Source of the DNA: an uncultured virus (IMG/VR IMGVR_UViG_2061766007_000285)
Lineage: Duplodnaviria; Heunggongvirae; Uroviricota; Caudoviricetes
Length of the DNA stretch: 20,000 nt
IMG/VR virus record: IMGVR_UViG_2061766007_000285
Strand: one strand, 5' to 3'
Below are positions 16,119 to 20,000 of the stretch, piece by piece. Made by a program: the position numbers and the translations under genes. Under the pieces are notes generated by a model, which saw only the letters and a program-made list of their open reading frames with translations, had not been told where the DNA came from and ran no database searches. Within the stretch, counting starts at the first letter, position 1; every line of letters begins with the position of its first letter.

Positions 16119-16767
16119 AAACCTTTTGATGCTTAACTTGTTCTTTTGCGTGAGCATCGTGATTGCCAATGTGGTGGGCTGCAAGGTGGTGGACTTCGGG
16201 TTTTCCATTTTCGGCCAACGCTGCATCTCGTCAGGCGGTGCCCTGACCTATGCCGTGACTTTCCTTTGCACGGACATCATCGGCGAGATATGGGGCAAGG
16301 ATGAGGCCAAACGCGCCGTGTTGCGCGGCTTGGTGATTCAGGTGTTTGCCCTGATTTTGATAGTGGCCACCCAATTCCTGAAAGCCGTTGACCACCAAAT
16401 GCAAGCGGCATACGAGACCCTTTTGGGTCAGTCGTGGTGCTTTGTGCTGGGGAGTTTGTGCGCCTATTTGTGTTCCCAAAGCTGGGATGTGTATATTTTC
16501 CACAAGCTGCGTGACCGTTACGAGGCCAATCCGAGGCTTCGATGGGTTTGGAATAACGGCAGCACCATGACCTCCCAAATCATCGACACTTTTGTTTATG
16601 CCCTGATTTCCTTTGGTTTAGGGATGGGCTGGCTGTGGAAGGCCGGTGGCATCGGCCAGTTGTTCGGGCTGATGGTGGGGCAATACGGGATAAAGTTCGT
16701 CCTTGCCCTGATTGACACGCCATTTTTCTATTGGTTTACAAGAAATTCCAAGAATACCAACCACTAA
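16102..16767 (+). CDS. yhhQ: Queuosine precursor transporter (YhhQ / Vut_1 family)
   Basis: IANVVGCK, GALTYAVTFLCTDIIGEIWG, GSLCAYLCSQSWDVYIF and NNGSTMTSQIIDT; several transmembrane helices. Confidence 0.9.
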   Translation: MRKTNENLLMLNLFFCVSIVIANVVGCKVVDFGFSIFGQRCISSGGALTYAVTFLCTDIIGEIWGKDEAKRAVLRGLVIQVFALILIVATQFLKAVDHQMQAAYETLLGQSWCFVLGSLCAYLCSQSWDVYIFHKLRDRYEANPRLRWVWNNGSTMTSQIIDTFVYALISFGLGMGWLWKAGGIGQLFGLMVGQYGIKFVLALIDTPFFYWFTRNSKNTNH

Positions 16768-16783
16768 TAAAAAACAAAGAGCC

Positions 16784-17140
16784 ATGTATTTTGTGAGCAA
16801 GAGAATGGAGATTGCTGGCAGTCATCGCCTGAATCTCTCCTACGAAAGCAAGTGCCAAAACCTTCACGGCCACAATTGGATTGTGACGGTGTATTGCAAG
16901 GCAAGGAAACTGAACAAGGACGGGATGGTCGTGGACTTCACCGAGATAAAGCGCAAGATTCACGGTCGCCTTGACCACCAAAACCTTAACGAGGTGCTGC
17001 CCTTCAACCCCACGGCCGAGAACATCGCCCGCTGGATTGTTGAGCAGATTCCACAATGCTACAAGGCCACCGTTCAGGAGAGCGAGGGCAATGTGGCTAT
17101 TTATGTGGACGAAAACCACAACGGGGAGGATTTGCTATGA
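16784..17140 (+). CDS. queD: 6-carboxy-5,6,7,8-tetrahydropterin synthase
   Basis: AGSHRL, KCQNLHGHNW (CxxxHGH), GMVVDF, LDHQNLN and NPTAENIA. Confidence 0.93.
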   Translation: MYFVSKRMEIAGSHRLNLSYESKCQNLHGHNWIVTVYCKARKLNKDGMVVDFTEIKRKIHGRLDHQNLNEVLPFNPTAENIARWIVEQIPQCYKATVQESEGNVAIYVDENHNGEDLL

Positions 17141-17715
17141 GGGTGAACGAGATCTTCTACTCGATTCAGGGCGAGGGCTACAACACGGGTAAGCCCGCCA
17201 TTTTCGTCCGCTTATCGGGCTGCAACCTGAAATGCCCGTTTTGCGACACCGACCACCAGCCCAGCAAGGGAATGACCTATGACGAAATCATCAGGGAGAT
17301 ATTGGATTACCCTTCGGATTTGGTGGTGCTGACCGGCGGAGAGCCGACCCTTCAGGGCATCGAGGAACTTATCCAAAAGATTCACCAAATAGGCAAGTCG
17401 GTGGCCATCGAGACCAACGGCACCCAGCCCATACCGAGGGGCGTGGATTGGATTACGGTCAGTCCCAAGGCCGCTTTCGTGGGTGAGCGCGGAAAGCCCG
17501 TCATCGACTTCGCTATGGAGGTGAAGGTGATATTTGACGGGGTGCATGAACCCGATGACTACGGCATCGTTGCCCCGCATTACTACCTCCAGCCCTGCGA
17601 CACTGGCAATGAGGAAAAGAACCGTGAAATCGTCAAACAACTGATTGAATATGTGAAAGGACACCCGAAATGGAAAATCTCACTCCAAACACAAAAGATG
17701 CTGAATGTGCGTTGA
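17137..17715 (+). CDS. queE: 7-carboxy-7-deazaguanine synthase (radical SAM)
   Basis: [40 protein letters not shown] and SLQTQK; ATGA overlap with queD. Confidence 0.93.
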   Translation: MRVNEIFYSIQGEGYNTGKPAIFVRLSGCNLKCPFCDTDHQPSKGMTYDEIIREILDYPSDLVVLTGGEPTLQGIEELIQKIHQIGKSVAIETNGTQPIPRGVDWITVSPKAAFVGERGKPVIDFAMEVKVIFDGVHEPDDYGIVAPHYYLQPCDTGNEEKNREIVKQLIEYVKGHPKWKISLQTQKMLNVR

Positions 17716-17799
17716 GGACGCTGATTCGGTTTATAGGCGAAGACCCCGACCGAGAGGGTTTGCAGGGTACCCCTGACCGCATTATAAGGATGTGGCAGG
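17670..17799 (+). CDS. folE: GTP cyclohydrolase I, N-terminal part
   Basis: [25 protein letters not shown] is the FolE N-terminal signature. It overlaps the queE end and is cut by an N-gap. Confidence 0.88.
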
Positions 17800-17809
17800 N
17801 NNNNNNNNN

Positions 17810-18662
17810 ATATACGGCTTTTCCATTCGTGGAAAGAATGTTGTTCGGCAACAAGGCCAAAAGCCCCGTCATGCCCTTGAAATCGATGTCAGACCCGAAA
17901 ATTGACATTCCCCGTGCCTGCACCTCGACCATGAAGCACTGCATTCAGGATTCGGGGCTGTTCACCCTGATGTTCGGTGCGCAGGCAGGAAACCACGATG
18001 AGGAAACCATCAACCGCTGGTACGATGCGCTGTGCGAGTTCACGCTGATGCACGGCAGCGGGGCGACCTGCGTTGAGGTGGACTGCCAAAAGGTTCTCGG
18101 CGTTGAAAAGGCGTGGGAATTCCGTGAGAGGATGCGCCACGACCTTCCCAACCGCATCATCAATGTTTTCCATTTGGAGGACGGGCAAAAGGGGCTTGAC
18201 CGCCTGATTGAGTTCTCGGACTACATCGCCGTTTCGGTGCCCGAGTTGAGGCATGCGGGAAAGAAGGACTACACCTACAAGGTGGCCTCCTACATAAAGA
18301 ACCGCAAGCCCGAAATCGACATCCACCTTTTGGGATGCACGGAAATGTCGTTGCTGAAGCAATGCGCCTCGTTCTGCACCTCGTCCGATTCCACTACCTA
18401 TGTGAGCGGCAAGAAGTACGGTTTTGTCGGCAAGCACCATATCCGAAACATAAGGACTGAGGATGTGCGCAAGCTGGTTGGGGATGAAATCTACGATTGC
18501 ATCAACCAATACAACAACGAGCAAAACACCAATTTCCTTTGCCTTTCCATCGAATCCTACAAGCGCAAGTACCAAAACGCAGTAGGAAATCAGGATTATA
18601 GTAGAGTAATAGTAAATAATAATAAAAATAACAATATACTGCCCAATGAGAAAGACGAATGA
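17810..18662 (+). CDS. dpdA: DpdA-like transglycosylase, second copy (5' end lost in gap)
   Basis: Close paralog of 15162-16118, with DSGLFT, HLLG and SSDSTTY conserved. Confidence 0.75.
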
Positions 18663-19314
18663 AAACCTTTTGATGCTCAATTTGTTCTTTTGCGTGAGCA
18701 TCGTGATTGCGAATGTGGTGGGCTGCAAGGTGGTGGACTTCGGGTTTTCCGTGTTCGGCCACCGTTGCGTTTCGTCAGGCGGTGCCCTGACCTATGCCGT
18801 GACATTCCTTTGCACCGACATCATCGGCGAGATATGGGGTAAGGATGAGGCCAAGCGTGCCGTTTTGCGCGGCCTGCTGATTCAGGTGTTCGCCCTGATA
18901 TTGATAATCGCCACACAATACCTGAAAGCCGTTGACCCAGCCATGCAGTCGGCATACGAGACCCTTTTGGGTCAGTCGTGGTGCTTCGTGCTTGGTAGCC
19001 TATGCGCCTACCTTTGCAGCCAAAGCTGGGATGTGTATGCCTTTCACAAGCTGCGTGACCGTTTCGAGGGCAACCCGAGCCTTCGGTGGGTGTGGAACAA
19101 CGGCAGCACCATGACCTCCCAAATCATCGACACATTCGTTTACGCCCTGATTTCATTCGGGCTGGGTATGGGCTGGCTGTGGAAAGACGGCGGCATCGGA
19201 CAGTTGTTCGGCCTGATGGTCGGGCAATACGGGATGAAGTTCATCCTCGCCCTGATTGACACGCCATTCTTCTATTGGTTCACCCGAAATTCCAAGAATA
19301 CCAACCACTATTAA
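18646..19314 (+). CDS. yhhQ: Queuosine precursor transporter, second copy
   Basis: Close paralog of 16102-16767. Confidence 0.9.
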   Translation: MRKTNENLLMLNLFFCVSIVIANVVGCKVVDFGFSVFGHRCVSSGGALTYAVTFLCTDIIGEIWGKDEAKRAVLRGLLIQVFALILIIATQYLKAVDPAMQSAYETLLGQSWCFVLGSLCAYLCSQSWDVYAFHKLRDRFEGNPSLRWVWNNGSTMTSQIIDTFVYALISFGLGMGWLWKDGGIGQLFGLMVGQYGMKFILALIDTPFFYWFTRNSKNTNHY

Positions 19315-19327
19315 AAAACAAAGAGCC

Positions 19328-19684
19328 ATGTATTATGTGAGCAAGAGAATGGAGATTGCAGGCAGTCACAAGCTGAAGCTCTCCTACAAAAGCAAGTGCC
19401 AAAACCTTCACGGCCACAATTGGATTGTGACCGTGTATTGCAAGGCCAAGGAACTGAACAAGGACGGGATGGTCGTGGACTTCACCGAGATAAAGCGCAA
19501 GGTTCACGGTCGCCTTGACCACCAAAACCTTAACGAGGTGCTGCCCTTCAACCCCACGGCCGAGAACATCGCCCGCTGGATTGTTGAGCAGATTCCCCAA
19601 TGCTACAAAGCCGCCGTTCAGGAATCGGAGGGCAATGTGGCGGTTTATGTGGATGAAAAACACAAGGGGGAGGATATGCTATGA
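19328..19684 (+). CDS. queD: QueD, second copy
   Basis: KCQNLHGHNW and NPTAENIA. Confidence 0.93.
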   Translation: MYYVSKRMEIAGSHKLKLSYKSKCQNLHGHNWIVTVYCKAKELNKDGMVVDFTEIKRKVHGRLDHQNLNEVLPFNPTAENIARWIVEQIPQCYKAAVQESEGNVAVYVDEKHKGEDML

Positions 19685-20000
19685 GGGTGAACGAGATATT
19701 CTACTCGATTCAGGGGGAGGGCTACAACACGGGAAAGCCCGCCATTTTCGTCCGCTTGTCGGGCTGCAACCTGAAATGCCCGTTCTGCGACACCGACCAC
19801 CAGCCCCACAAGGGAATGACGGAGGATGATGTGGTCAGGGCTATCCTTGACTACCCTTCGGATTTGGTGGTGCTGACCGGTGGGGAGCCGACCCTTCAGG
19901 GCATCGAGACCCTGATTCAAAAGATTCACCAAATAGGCAAGTCGGTGGCTATCGAGACCAACGGCACCCAGCCCATACCGAGGGGCGTGGATTGGATTAC
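19681..20000 (+). CDS. queE: QueE, second copy (runs off the window end)
   Basis: [14 protein letters not shown]...[11 protein letters not shown]...LTGGEP...IETNG. Confidence 0.92.
   Translation, partial: MRVNEIFYSIQGEGYNTGKPAIFVRLSGCNLKCPFCDTDHQPHKGMTEDDVVRAILDYPSDLVVLTGGEPTLQGIETLIQKIHQIGKSVAIETNGTQPIPRGVDWI

Larger units (their letters stand above)
8652..17809. other. Scaffold gaps and mis-ordered contigs
   Basis: N-runs at 8652-8661, 9635-9644, 10259-10575, 10627-10636, 10864-10873, 12072-12081, 14864-14934 and 17800-17809. Genes are cut at each one. Confidence 0.95.
1..20000. mobile_element. Tailed phage / prophage region (two related copies partly interleaved)
   Basis: terS, terL, portal, a probable head protein, SSB, VRR-NUC, HNH and a methylase are present. 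There are no host housekeeping operons. Confidence 0.92.

Noticed and set aside
14935..17799. Host queuosine tRNA-modification operon
   Set aside because: There is no queC, queF, queA or queG/H, the TGT-fold protein lacks the tRNA-TGT zinc site, and the genes are coupled to terminase.
17670..18662. Apparent 330-aa FolE-DpdA fusion protein
   Set aside because: The ORF reads through a 10-N gap that joins the folE N-terminus to an internal part of the second dpdA copy.

Overview
This is a gapped scaffold from a tailed (pro)phage, probably of a Bacteroidales host (inferred from a TAnnTTTG promoter motif and an OmpA-family signal peptide followed by Gln). Bases 1-6183 are a + strand early/middle module: DNA methyltransferase, DUF5131, TrpF-like barrel, HNH, ASCH-like protein, SSB and VRR-NUC. 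From about 6200, a palindrome/promoter precedes what reconstructs as one tightly coupled operon: OmpA-family protein - ParB-like x2 - dpdL-like - dpdA-like transglycosylase - yhhQ - queD - queE - folE - terS - terL - portal - head morphogenesis (MuF-like) protein, plus a CdiA-like nuclease fragment. The scaffold has eight N-gaps, and its pieces are out of order. It also interleaves two diverged copies of this region. Exact in-frame joins (8651 to 14935; 10576 to 9634 on the minus strand) support the reconstruction. The main biological signal is a queC-less 7-deazaguanine DNA-modification cluster. It carries a DpdL-type LxxxHRHxF T-fold protein, a queuosine-precursor transporter and two ParB-like proteins, and is translationally coupled to the DNA-packaging genes. 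All family calls come from motif recognition, not database searches.
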